Below, in pieces: positions 9,466 to 19,013 of a stretch of 64,000 bases of DNA. The notes below the pieces were generated by a model. The model was not told the DNA's origin. It was given only the letters and a program-made list of their open reading frames with translations, and made no database searches. The DNA lies in the sequence record NZ_CP028351.1; one strand, given 5' to 3'. This DNA comes from a plasmid. The position numbers and the translations under genes are program-made. Each line of letters starts with the position of its first letter. The first letter of the stretch is position 1.

Positions 9466-10371
9466 TCAACCCGCTTCGCCTGGTGTCACAGGCGGTTCGG
9501 CCAGCAGCGCCAGCAGATGCAGCACCGCTTTTGATGGATGATGCCGACGCCAGGCAAACGCCACGTCGGTAAACAGCGTGTTGTTCTCGATATCGCAGAA
9601 GCTGACTTCGGGATTATCGACGCAGCGCAGCGACTCCGGCACCAGCGCAATCCCGCAGCCTGCAGCCACCATGCCCAGCGATGTGGTGATCTGTGGCGCC
9701 TGCTGGAAGGTGTGGCGTGAAAAGCCCGCCCGCAGACAGGCCGTAACAATCAGCTCATAGAGACTTGGCGAAACGTCGCGCGGGAAGATTATCAGGGTTT
9801 CATCCGCCAGCGCGGACAACGAGACTGTCGGCGTGCCGCTGAGGGGATGGCAGCGCGGCAGCGCAATCAGCATCTTTTCGGTGGAGATCACGCGCAGATT
9901 AAACGCCTTGCTGCTTTCGCACGGCAGCCGGATAAAGGCAGCATCCAGCAATCCCTCTTGCAGATCCTGCATCAGCAACGACATATTCTCTTCACGCGTC
10001 AGCAGCTCCATCGCCGGATAGCGTTCCGTAAACTGACGGATCAGGGTGAAGATGCGCGGATTAAACGCCACCGAGCTGGCAAACCCAAGCGACAGCTGGC
10101 CACTGATCCCGCGGGCAATCCCGCGCGCGTTCTCCAGTGCCTGATCGGCCAGTTGGACAATTTGCCGGGCATCGGCCAGAAACGCTTCCCCCGCTTCAGT
10201 AAGTTCCACGCCGCGCGTCAGTCGCTTCAGCAGCGGTGTGCCAATTTCCTGCTCCAGCCGCAGTATCTGCTGGCTCAGCGGCGGCTGAGAAATCCCCAGC
10301 ATTTCAGCGGCCCGGGTGAAGTGAAGCGTCTCGGCTACGGCAACAAAATAACGCAGGTGGCGCAGTTCCAT
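9466..10371 (-). CDS. budR: LysR-family transcriptional regulator, divergent from budA (BudR-like)
   Basis: N-terminal HTH (MELRHLRYFVAVAETLHFTRAAEMLGISQPPLSQQI). It is divergent from the bud operon. T-N11-A and TTAA repeats lie in the 92-bp intergenic region. Confidence 0.8.
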   Translation of the reverse strand: MELRHLRYFVAVAETLHFTRAAEMLGISQPPLSQQILRLEQEIGTPLLKRLTRGVELTEAGEAFLADARQIVQLADQALENARGIARGISGQLSLGFASSVAFNPRIFTLIRQFTERYPAMELLTREENMSLLMQDLQEGLLDAAFIRLPCESSKAFNLRVISTEKMLIALPRCHPLSGTPTVSLSALADETLIIFPRDVSPSLYELIVTACLRAGFSRHTFQQAPQITTSLGMVAAGCGIALVPESLRCVDNPEVSFCDIENNTLFTDVAFAWRRHHPSKAVLHLLALLAEPPVTPGEAG

Positions 10372-10475
10372 ATCAAAAACGTCTCAAAGTTAACAGGTTT
10401 CGCTATTGGACCCACCGACTGAATCGGTTCACCATTAGGTTAACACGGCTTAACGGTTAATCGATGAGGCATGAA

Positions 10476-11258
10476 ATGAGCAATTGTGTAACTGATTGTT
10501 CCTGTGAGGATCAACTAAAACATACTGTCTTAACGCTTTCCCAGGATGCACCAGAAAGCGTTATCTATCAGACCTCTTTAATGAGTGCGCTGCTGAGCGG
10601 CGTCTACGACGGTAACGTCCGCATCGCCGACCTGCTGCGCAAAGGGGATTTCGGCCTGGGCACGTTTAACCGGCTGGATGGCGAGATGATTGCGTTCGAC
10701 AGCAAGGTCTATCAACTGCACTCAGATGGCAGCGCGCATCCGGCCGATCCGGCACAGAAAACCCCGTTTGCGGTGATGACCTTTTTCAGGCCGCAGCACC
10801 TGTTTGAGTTTGACCGGCCCATGTCGCGCGAGAATATCCATCGGGTGATCGACAGCGAAATCACCTCCGATAACCAGTTCTGCGCGCTGCGCATCAGCGG
10901 TCGTTTCAGCCGCGTCGATACCCGCACCGTGCCGTGTCAGTGCCGTCCCTACCGCTCCATGCCGGAAGTGCTGGGCGATCAGCCGACCTTTGCCTTCAGC
11001 CAGCGCGCGGGCGAGCTGATTGGCTTCCGCACGCCACAGTATATGCAGGGCATTAACGTAGCGGGCTATCACGAACACTTTATTACCGACGACCGCGAAG
11101 GCGGCGGCCACATTCTCGATTATGCGCTGGAACAGGGCACCCTGACCTTTGGTGCCATCAGCAAGCTGGTCGTGGATCTGCCGCAGGACAGTGACTTTCT
11201 CAATGCCGACCTGAACCCCGCCAATCTTGACGCCGCGATCCGTGCGGTAGAAAGCTAA
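10476..11258 (+). CDS. budA: Alpha-acetolactate decarboxylase
   Basis: Near-colinear with enterobacterial BudA ([16 protein letters not shown]...GDFGLGTFN...[10 protein letters not shown]). The start is chosen at ATG 10476, which has GAGG 6 nt upstream. The ORF track starts at 10464. Confidence 0.9.
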   Translation: MSNCVTDCSCEDQLKHTVLTLSQDAPESVIYQTSLMSALLSGVYDGNVRIADLLRKGDFGLGTFNRLDGEMIAFDSKVYQLHSDGSAHPADPAQKTPFAVMTFFRPQHLFEFDRPMSRENIHRVIDSEITSDNQFCALRISGRFSRVDTRTVPCQCRPYRSMPEVLGDQPTFAFSQRAGELIGFRTPQYMQGINVAGYHEHFITDDREGGGHILDYALEQGTLTFGAISKLVVDLPQDSDFLNADLNPANLDAAIRAVES

Positions 11259-11272
11259 TCAGAGGAATGACG

Positions 11273-12952
11273 ATGAAAACTCCAACCGATACCACACTCT
11301 GGACCTGCGGCGCTGACCTGGTGGTCGCACAGCTTGAGGCACAGGGCGTGCAGCATGTTTTTGGCATCCCTGGCGCAAAGATCGACAAGGTTTTTGACTC
11401 CCTGCTGGATTCCTCCATTCAGACAATCCCGGTTCGTCATGAAGCCAATGCTGCCTTTATGGCCGCCGCAGTGGGCCGGCTGACCGGCAATGCCGGTGTG
11501 GCACTGGTCACGTCCGGGCCGGGCTGCTCCAACCTGATCACCGGCATGGCCACCGCTACCAGCGAAGGCGATCCGGTGGTCGCCATCGGCGGCCAGGTGA
11601 AACGCTCCGACAGCGCCAAACAGGTTCACCAGAGCATGGATACGGTGTCCATGTTTCGCCCGGTCACCAAATATGCGGTTGAAGTGACCGATCCTTCTGC
11701 GCTCTCTGAATGCCTGTCGAATGCGTTTCGTCACGCCGAGCATGGCCGCGGCGGCGGCGCCTTTATCAGCCTGCCGCAGGATATTGTCGACCAGCCGGTG
11801 ACCGGCAAGGCACTGAGCAGCAAGGGCCGTCCGGTGCTGGGTGCCGCGCCAGACGCGATGATTGACACGGTCAGCCAGGCGATTGCCGGGGCGAAAAATC
11901 CGGTCATCCTGTTGGGATTAATGGCGAGCCAGCCGGAAAACAGCGAAGCGATTCACGATCTGCTGAGCCGCAGTCATATTCCGGTCACCAGCACCTATCA
12001 GGCGGCGGGCGCGATCAGGCAGGATCACTTCTCACGCTTCGCCGGTCGCGTCGGACTGTTTAACAACCAGGCAGGTGACCGGCTGCTGCAACAGGCTGAC
12101 CTGATCATCACCATCGGTTACAGTCCGGTAGAATATGAACCGGCGATGTGGAACAGCGGTAACGCCACCCTGATTCACATCGACGTGATTCCGGCAGAGA
12201 CCGACAACCGCTACCTGCCGGACGCCGAGCTGGTGGGCGATATCGCTGCCACGGTGCGTAAACTGGCAGCACGCATTACCGCGCCGCTGCAGCTGACATC
12301 AGAAGCCGCCAGCATTCTTGAAGATCGTCAGCAGCAGCGCAAACTGCTGGCGATGCAGGGTGCCAGTCTCAATCAGTTTGCCCTACATCCGCTGCGCATC
12401 GTGCGCGCTATGCAGGACATCATTAACAGCGACGTCAGCCTCACCGTTGATATGGGCAGCTTCCACATCTGGATTGCCCGTTATCTTTACAGCTTCCGTG
12501 CCCGCCAGATCATGATCTCCAACGGTCAGCAGACCATGGGTGTGGCGCTGCCGTGGGCGATTGGTGCCTGGCTGGTCGATCCACAGCGCAAATTGGTATC
12601 GGTTTCAGGGGATGGTGGCTTCCTGCAGTCCAGCATGGAGCTGGAAACGGCCGTCCGGTTAAAAGCCAATATCCTGCACATCGTCTGGGTCGATAACGCC
12701 TACAACATGGTGGCAATGCAGGAAGAGAAAAAGTATCACCGCGTCTCAGGTGTCAATTTTGGCCCGGTCGATTTCAAAGCCTACGCCGAAGCGTTTGGCG
12801 CTGCGGGCTTTGCGGTGACCAGCGCGGCAGAGCTGGAGCCGACGCTGCGTAAAGCGATGGATGTTCAGGGTCCTGCCGTGGTAGCTGTGCCGGTCGATTA
12901 CGCCGACAACCCGCTGCTGATGGGTCAGCTGCATCTGAGCCAGCTTCTTTAA
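11273..12952 (+). CDS. budB: Catabolic acetolactate synthase (TPP-dependent)
   Basis: TPP-enzyme motifs are present ([39 protein letters not shown]). It is colinear with K. pneumoniae BudB. ATG 11273 is preferred over 11267 because of RBS spacing. Confidence 0.9.
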   Translation: MKTPTDTTLWTCGADLVVAQLEAQGVQHVFGIPGAKIDKVFDSLLDSSIQTIPVRHEANAAFMAAAVGRLTGNAGVALVTSGPGCSNLITGMATATSEGDPVVAIGGQVKRSDSAKQVHQSMDTVSMFRPVTKYAVEVTDPSALSECLSNAFRHAEHGRGGGAFISLPQDIVDQPVTGKALSSKGRPVLGAAPDAMIDTVSQAIAGAKNPVILLGLMASQPENSEAIHDLLSRSHIPVTSTYQAAGAIRQDHFSRFAGRVGLFNNQAGDRLLQQADLIITIGYSPVEYEPAMWNSGNATLIHIDVIPAETDNRYLPDAELVGDIAATVRKLAARITAPLQLTSEAASILEDRQQQRKLLAMQGASLNQFALHPLRIVRAMQDIINSDVSLTVDMGSFHIWIARYLYSFRARQIMISNGQQTMGVALPWAIGAWLVDPQRKLVSVSGDGGFLQSSMELETAVRLKANILHIVWVDNAYNMVAMQEEKKYHRVSGVNFGPVDFKAYAEAFGAAGFAVTSAAELEPTLRKAMDVQGPAVVAVPVDYADNPLLMGQLHLSQLL

Positions 12953-13747
<795 letters not shown>

Positions 13748-13756
13748 TCTGCTCTC

Positions 13757-13789
13757 GCCTGCTGCGTCTCTGCGCAGCAGGCTTTTCTC
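13757..13789 (+). terminator. Rho-independent terminator after budC
   Basis: Stem GCCTGCTGCG/CGCAGCAGGC followed by TTTTCTC. Confidence 0.6.
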
Positions 13790-13893
13790 AAGACCGGATT
13801 GAACCGTTAATTTATTTTATCTGAAAAGCGGTTACCCATCAGCCGGTTGCCCTCCTGACCCCGTTTTTGCTTAGTTTTTGTCGCCGCAGAGAT

Positions 13894-13920
13894 TAAAGCT
13901 GCTTATCACCCTGCCGATAA
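13894..13920 (+). promoter_or_regulatory. Sigma-28 (FliA) class-3 flagellar promoter
   Basis: TAAAGCTG-N11-GCCGATAA matches TAAAGTTT-N11-GCCGATAA at 14 of 16 consensus positions. It lies 33 nt upstream of the flagellin ATG and inside the longer ORF predicted by the track. Confidence 0.6.
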
Positions 13921-13952
13921 AACAGAGACTCCTCTCCCTGTTCGAAGCGACC

Positions 13953-15404
13953 ATGTTAACGATCAACCATAACGAAACCGCCGCCATTACGAACAAATTG
14001 CGGTACGGTACTGACTCCGTTCTGGGACGAACGGTTGAACGGCTATCATCAGGGATGCGGATTAACAGTGCCAAAGACGATGCGGCAGGTCAGGCGATTG
14101 CCAACCGTATGACGGCCAATGTCAACGCCGACGCGGTAGTGGCACGCGGCCTTAATGATGCCATCAGCTATTCCCAGACCGCCAGTGGCGGCCTGGGGAC
14201 CATCGTCGATCTGTTGATCCAGGCGCGTACGCTGTCGGTGCAGGCCGCTAACGGCACGCTGTCAGACGCGGATCGGCAGAGTGTAAACGGTGCATATCAG
14301 CAGATTCTGGCCGGCATCAACGAAGTCGCGGATCACACCGAGATTTTCGGGCGTTACCCGCTGGCAACGGATAATCCCGATCTGCCGCCTGCGAAACTAG
14401 GTAACGTTGACCCTATCAACGTTAAGTTCCCGGTGCCGGGCAAGAATTACTCGTTTACCTCGGGTGTGATCCCGCTGGCCTATATCCCGGCAGGCTCAAC
14501 ATCGATAAGCATTACCATTGACTCACTGGGTCAGGATGACGATCTCCAGTTGTTTACCCGCGACGGTAAACATCTGGCGGGAACACCGCTGGACGGCAGT
14601 GCACCTGATTACACCTGGACCAGCAAAGGCATTACGGATGCAGCGACCGCAGATTCGCGCCTGCTGACCAGTAAAAACGGTTTTGCTACTGGCGCAACTT
14701 ATGACAGCTCTCAGCTGCTGGAAGGCGGCCCGAGCTGGGCGCTGGCGGGCAGTAACAGCAGCAGCTACAACGGGATGACCATCACCTACAGCGGTGACGG
14801 CGACCGCTATGAAGATGTCGCCAGCGGCGATTTCAATAACGGCACCAATACCGGCACCCGGCTGGAGCGCATCTCGCTGGACACCGTCAGCGAAGATTTG
14901 ATTGTGGTGGTGGTGGGCAACGGCTCCTTCACTGGTAGTCTGACCTGGGGAATCCTGCCGGAGCCCAAGGGCGTGCCTGCAACGCCGCCACATGAGAGTC
15001 GTCCTCTCGAAGTGATCACCAGCGCCGACTATGGTCAGCCGATACAGTCGGATAGCATCCCCGCTACGCCGTCAGATACTAAAACGCTGGGACTGAACAA
15101 CACCACTCTGCTGACCAGTGGCGACATCTCCACCACCATGAAGGCGCTGGATAAAGCGCTGGAGAAGATCAGCGGCTATCAGTCGCTCTATGGCGCTAAG
15201 ATAAATCGTTACGAGTCAAACCGTAATGTGCTGTCACAACAGGGTGTGGATACCTCTGCGGCTCGCAGCCGCATTCAGGATGCAGACTATGCTGAAGAAG
15301 CGAGTCAGCTGGCGCGCAGCCAGATTATCCAGCAGGGACAGACAGCCGTCAGCAAGATGGCGAGCAAAACACCTGAAATGATCATCCAGCTATTAGGCAG
15401 CTAA
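13953..15404 (+). CDS. Flagellin-family protein (conserved D0/D1 N- and C-terminal domains, divergent central domain)
   Basis: The N-terminus has VERLSSGMRINSAKDDAAGQAIANRMTAN, the FliC D1 signature. The C-terminus has LDKALEKISGYQSLYGAKINRYESNRNVLSQQGVDTSAARSRIQDADYAEEASQLARSQIIQQ. The start is chosen at MLTINHN, downstream of the sigma-28 promoter. Confidence 0.8.
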   Translation: MLTINHNETAAITNKLRYGTDSVLGRTVERLSSGMRINSAKDDAAGQAIANRMTANVNADAVVARGLNDAISYSQTASGGLGTIVDLLIQARTLSVQAANGTLSDADRQSVNGAYQQILAGINEVADHTEIFGRYPLATDNPDLPPAKLGNVDPINVKFPVPGKNYSFTSGVIPLAYIPAGSTSISITIDSLGQDDDLQLFTRDGKHLAGTPLDGSAPDYTWTSKGITDAATADSRLLTSKNGFATGATYDSSQLLEGGPSWALAGSNSSSYNGMTITYSGDGDRYEDVASGDFNNGTNTGTRLERISLDTVSEDLIVVVVGNGSFTGSLTWGILPEPKGVPATPPHESRPLEVITSADYGQPIQSDSIPATPSDTKTLGLNNTTLLTSGDISTTMKALDKALEKISGYQSLYGAKINRYESNRNVLSQQGVDTSAARSRIQDADYAEEASQLARSQIIQQGQTAVSKMASKTPEMIIQLLGS

Positions 15405-15727
15405 TACCTTATCCGGCTGAGCATCCTGACTCAGCCGTTTATCCTGTTTCTTCACCATCTGAACCGCCTGATTCCGCACCCTGCTGGCCCGACATTCGCG
15501 ATTACACCTCGTCACCCTTTGATCCCAGTCACACAAACTCGTTTAAGATTCGTTTAAAGATGATCGCGATCACCCTTCCTTGTTAAAGAAATGCTAAATC
15601 CTGACAACTATTTACTATCATCCTGCAGTGCAGGGTTAAATAAAACAACAGGTTAATTGTTACCACGCTAACTAATTACCTGAATTTTCCTGGCTTCATG
15701 TAACTTTTTTATTACTTTTACGCCAAT

Positions 15728-17056
15728 GTGAGGGCTGCTATTTTGCTGACGATACTGGGTTTTTCCATGGTTGTTTGCTTCATGTATCTGATCATGACCA
15801 AACGCATGTCAGCCTTAATTGCGCTGATCCTGATACCAACTATATTTGCGCTGATTGGCGGATTTTATGCCGGACTGGGTGCCATGATGCTGGATGGCGT
15901 CAAAAAGCTGGCGCCGACCGGTGTGATGCTGACCTTCTCCATTCTCTATTTTGGTCTGATGATCGATGCCGGGCTGTTTGACCCGCTGGTACGCTTTATT
16001 CTCCGGCTGGTGCGTGGCGATCCCCTGAAAGTGCTGGTCGGCACCGCGGTGCTGACGCTGCTGGTTTCGCTGGATGGTGACAGCTCCACCACTTACATGA
16101 TCGCTATCGCCGCGTTTCTACCGCTCTATCACCGGCTGGGCATGAACGTGCTGATGATGACCTGTCTGGTCAACCTCGCCAGCGGCATCATGAACCTTTC
16201 TCCCTGGGGTGGCCCGACGGCACGAGCCGCCGCAGCACTGCGCATTGATGCGCTCGACATCTTTATTCCGATGCTGCCAGCGATGCTGCTCGCCTGCGTC
16301 AGCCTGGTCGCGATGGCGGTGCTGTTTGGCCTGCGTGAGCGTAAACGGTTAGGCGTGATGACCATGAAAGATCACCATCTCGACAACATCGAGCTGGGTC
16401 TGGGCGATGCCGAAGAGTGCGCTGCCAACCGCCGTCCGAAGATGTTCTGGCCTAACTTTATCCTGACCACGGTGCTGCTGGTGCTGCTGGTAATTGGTTT
16501 AATGCCGATTCAGATCCTGTTCATGCTGGCGTTTGCCATTGCAGTGATGCTCAACTATCCCACGCTGGAGGAGCAGAAAGCCCGTATCAGCTCGCATGCC
16601 GGTAACGTGCTGGCGGTGACCGCGCTGATTTTTGCCGCCGGTATCTTCACGGGTATTCTCTCCGGCACCGGCATGGTGGATGCCATGGCGAAGAGTCTGC
16701 TGGCCGTGATCCCAACCAGCTTCGGACCTTACCTGGCGGTGTTTACCGCGCTGGTCAGCCTGCCGTTCACCTTCTTTATGTCGAATGATGCGTTTTACTT
16801 CGGCATCCTGCCGGTTATCGCGCAGACGGCGGCCAGCTACGGCATTACCGCCGAAGAGATTGCCCGTGCTTCCATTGTCGGTCAGCCGTTCCACCTGCTG
16901 AGCCCGCTGGTGCCGTCGGTCTACCTGCTGGTGGGCCTGGCGAAAGTCGATATCGGCGACCACCAGCGCTTTGCCATCAAGTGGGGGATTCTGGTCAGTC
17001 TGGTATTGATGGCGGGCGGTCTGCTGACCGGTGCTTTCCCGCTGTTCCACAGTTAA
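15728..17056 (+). CDS. CitMHS-family (citrate-Mg2+/H+ symporter-like) transporter
   Basis: The GTG-initiated N-terminus ILLTILGFSMVVCFMYLIMTKRMSALIALILIPTIFALIGGF resembles the N-terminus of CitM and CitH. The protein is polytopic over 442 aa. Confidence 0.7.
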   Translation: MRAAILLTILGFSMVVCFMYLIMTKRMSALIALILIPTIFALIGGFYAGLGAMMLDGVKKLAPTGVMLTFSILYFGLMIDAGLFDPLVRFILRLVRGDPLKVLVGTAVLTLLVSLDGDSSTTYMIAIAAFLPLYHRLGMNVLMMTCLVNLASGIMNLSPWGGPTARAAAALRIDALDIFIPMLPAMLLACVSLVAMAVLFGLRERKRLGVMTMKDHHLDNIELGLGDAEECAANRRPKMFWPNFILTTVLLVLLVIGLMPIQILFMLAFAIAVMLNYPTLEEQKARISSHAGNVLAVTALIFAAGIFTGILSGTGMVDAMAKSLLAVIPTSFGPYLAVFTALVSLPFTFFMSNDAFYFGILPVIAQTAASYGITAEEIARASIVGQPFHLLSPLVPSVYLLVGLAKVDIGDHQRFAIKWGILVSLVLMAGGLLTGAFPLFHS

Positions 17057-17221
17057 TTCTCTGCTTTCTGGCGGATAACCGGCTTTTTTTGCCCGGTTAT
17101 CCGCTTCACCGCTCCGCCTGTTGTTGCAACCCGCTCTACACTCTATAGCCAGGCTGATGTGCTGCGCGCCAGACAGGCCGTAGTCTCTCAGAGATTTTGC
17201 CGATGACCCTATGGAGGCCCG

Positions 17222-18061
17222 ATGAAAATTCACCACCTTAACTGTGGTTGTATGTGCCCGCTGGGCGGCGCGTTCTATGATGGATTCAGTAAAGGCCTGA
17301 AAGCGCACCTGGTCTGTCACTGCCTGCTGATTGAGACAGATCGCGACGGGCTGGTGCTGGTCGATACTGGCTTTGGGCGGCAGGATATCCATACGCCCGG
17401 CAGTCGCCTCTCGGGCTTTTTCCGCGCCTTAAACAATATTCAGCGGCGTGACGATCTCACCGCCTTGTCACAGGTGAAGGCACTGGGCTTTCGGGCTGAC
17501 GATGTGCGGCATATTATTCTGACCCATCTTGATTTTGATCATGCTGGCGGACTGACCGATTTTCCGCAGGCGCGCATCCATCTGTTGCAGCAGGAGGTCG
17601 ATACTGCCCACCAGCGTCATAGCTGGCTGTCGCGCGAGCGCTATCGTCCCGGACAATGGGGCGGGATCGGCAACTGGGAAACCTATCAGCCGCAGGGGGA
17701 AACATGGTTTGGTTTTGAGGCGGTAAATCGCCTGCGGGATTTACCACCGGAGATTTTGCTGGTGCCGCTGGCGGGCCATACGCCGGGTCACGCGGGCATT
17801 GCGATTCAGCAACCCGATGGCTGGCTGCTGCACGGCGGCGACACCTGGTTTTACCGCGGCGAAATGCGACAGCCGACGCGCCACTGCACGCCGGGACTGC
17901 GCTTTTACCAGTGGATGATGGGCATGGATAATGTGGCCAGACGGCACAACCAGCAGCGACTCCGTGAACTCTCCTGCCAGCGCGGCGGCGAAATCACCTT
18001 TTTCTGCAGTCACGATGCGCGCGAACTGGATGCGTTGCAGATTAATGCGCCGCTGCGCTGA
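17222..18061 (+). CDS. MBL-fold metallo-hydrolase
   Basis: The metal-binding motif is THLDFDHAGG, with downstream His and Asp ligands (AGHTPGH, HGGD). Confidence 0.75.
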   Translation: MKIHHLNCGCMCPLGGAFYDGFSKGLKAHLVCHCLLIETDRDGLVLVDTGFGRQDIHTPGSRLSGFFRALNNIQRRDDLTALSQVKALGFRADDVRHIILTHLDFDHAGGLTDFPQARIHLLQQEVDTAHQRHSWLSRERYRPGQWGGIGNWETYQPQGETWFGFEAVNRLRDLPPEILLVPLAGHTPGHAGIAIQQPDGWLLHGGDTWFYRGEMRQPTRHCTPGLRFYQWMMGMDNVARRHNQQRLRELSCQRGGEITFFCSHDARELDALQINAPLR

Positions 18062-18109
18062 TGCGATAAACTCCGTAATGGTGATGGGGCAGTCACCTCA
18101 GGGCGAGGA

Positions 18110-18424
18110 CTATGCCGTCCCGTCACTCCCCTGGGACGTCACGAGCCCCGGATGCAGAGGCACGCCGGAAACGTCCGTATTTTCACGCGCTTTGTGCAGA
18201 TCGCATGCAGCCTGCATGGATAACCAGAGCCGCGCTGAAATACCCAGCCCCGCCTCCAGCCGAAGAGCCATTTCCGGGCTTACGGAGGCTTTTCCGCCTG
18301 ACACTTTGCTCAGCGATGCCGCCGAAACGCCCAGCTGTTTAGCCAGACTGCGCATACTGATGTCATTATCTTCCAGATATTCCGCTATCAGGCTGCCTGG
18401 GTGTGGCGGTTTAAACATTACCAT
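18110..18424 (-). CDS. higA: HigA antitoxin (Xre-type HTH)
   Basis: MVMFKPPHPGSLIAEYLEDNDISMRSLAKQLGVSAASLSKV... matches the plasmid Rts1 HigA pattern (FK..HPGE.IA..LED). The ORF track extends it 75 codons upstream in frame, but that extension has no homology support. Confidence 0.8.
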   Translation of the reverse strand: MVMFKPPHPGSLIAEYLEDNDISMRSLAKQLGVSAASLSKVSGGKASVSPEMALRLEAGLGISARLWLSMQAACDLHKARENTDVSGVPLHPGLVTSQGSDGTA

Positions 18425-18561
18425 CAATGATAATCCTCGCGGTTGAGAATGAATGCGTCGACGTCCGTGAATCCGAATGTGATGTGCCAGTTTGCTCTGA
18501 CCGGAACTGAATAGACGTTCTTTCTTTCCCCGTGCCTGGGTAAAAGCGAAAGCCCGGCTTT
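18424..18561 (-). pseudogene. higB: higB toxin remnant: about 45 C-terminal codons, no start codon, 5' half missing
   Basis: The frame ending TGA overlapping the higA ATG (TGATG) reads ...[39 protein letters not shown]. This resembles the HigB C-terminus (...GDREGYWSITVRANWRITFQFINGDAYILNYEDYH, recalled from memory). An in-frame TGA lies immediately upstream and there is no ATG, GTG or TTG. Confidence 0.6.
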
Positions 18562-18602
18562 TCATTGTACAATGGTTTGTTTTATTCACTGCGGAGGTCT
18601 TT

Positions 18603-18854
18603 ATGAAAGCCATCATTTTCGGCGAAGCCCGACGGAATCTTTCTGCCACGATGATTCAGACGGCAGAAGATAAAGCGCCAGTAATGATCATTCGCCGGAA
18701 CGGTGAGTCCTGCGTGCTGATGTCGACTGAAGAATATAACTCACTGGAAGAGACGGACTGGCTACTGCGATCGCCCAGGAATGCCCGCAGATTGATGGAT
18801 GCTATCGAAAGCCTGCGAAGCGGTGACGGGACTGACAGGAATGTGATTGCGTAA
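18603..18854 (+). CDS. yefM: Phd/YefM-family antitoxin
   Basis: The 83-aa product is near-colinear with E. coli YefM ([52 protein letters not shown]...I). Confidence 0.85.
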   Translation: MKAIIFGEARRNLSATMIQTAEDKAPVMIIRRNGESCVLMSTEEYNSLEETDWLLRSPRNARRLMDAIESLRSGDGTDRNVIA

Positions 18855-18856
18855 AA

Positions 18857-18940
18857 CTGTCCAGGTCCGCAGAAGCCCGGCGGGTCTTTGCCGTCAGTGG
18901 GGATGCTCTGTCAATCGCCTTATGCCGCTATCATTATTGA
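18857..18940 (+). pseudogene. yoeB: yoeB toxin remnant: last 27 codons only
   Basis: The frame starting at 18842 reads LSRSAEARRVFAVSGDALSIALCRYHY*, compared with the YoeB C-terminus SRRITEEHRLVYAVTDDSLLIAACRYHY (from memory). The N-terminal two-thirds of the toxin is absent, and this frame is closed by stops just upstream. Confidence 0.6.
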
Positions 18941-19013
18941 CGGGCTCAGGAGTTTACCCCTGAGCCCTTATCTTGCGCCTGTTTCAGCGGCGTCGTCATC
19001 CACCGCAATCCTG

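Noticed and set aside
9847-11743. Antisense ORFs inside budR, budA and budB (191, 129 and 162 aa)
   Set aside because: They overlap strongly supported genes, and no homology is evident.
13878-13952. Longer flagellin ORF starting at 13878 (ORF track)
   Set aside because: The sigma-28 promoter lies inside this extension. Homology to flagellins begins at MLTINHN, so the ATG at 13953 is the start.
16499-17392. 297-aa minus-strand ORF
   Set aside because: It is antisense to the CitMHS transporter and the MBL hydrolase. Its composition is Arg/Gln-rich and low-complexity, typical of reverse frames of GC-rich genes.
18425-18649. In-frame 75-codon N-terminal extension of higA (the 179-aa ORF in the track)
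   Set aside because: Homology to HigA starts at MVMFKPPHPG. The extension has no HigA counterpart, and it overlaps the higB remnant in another frame.
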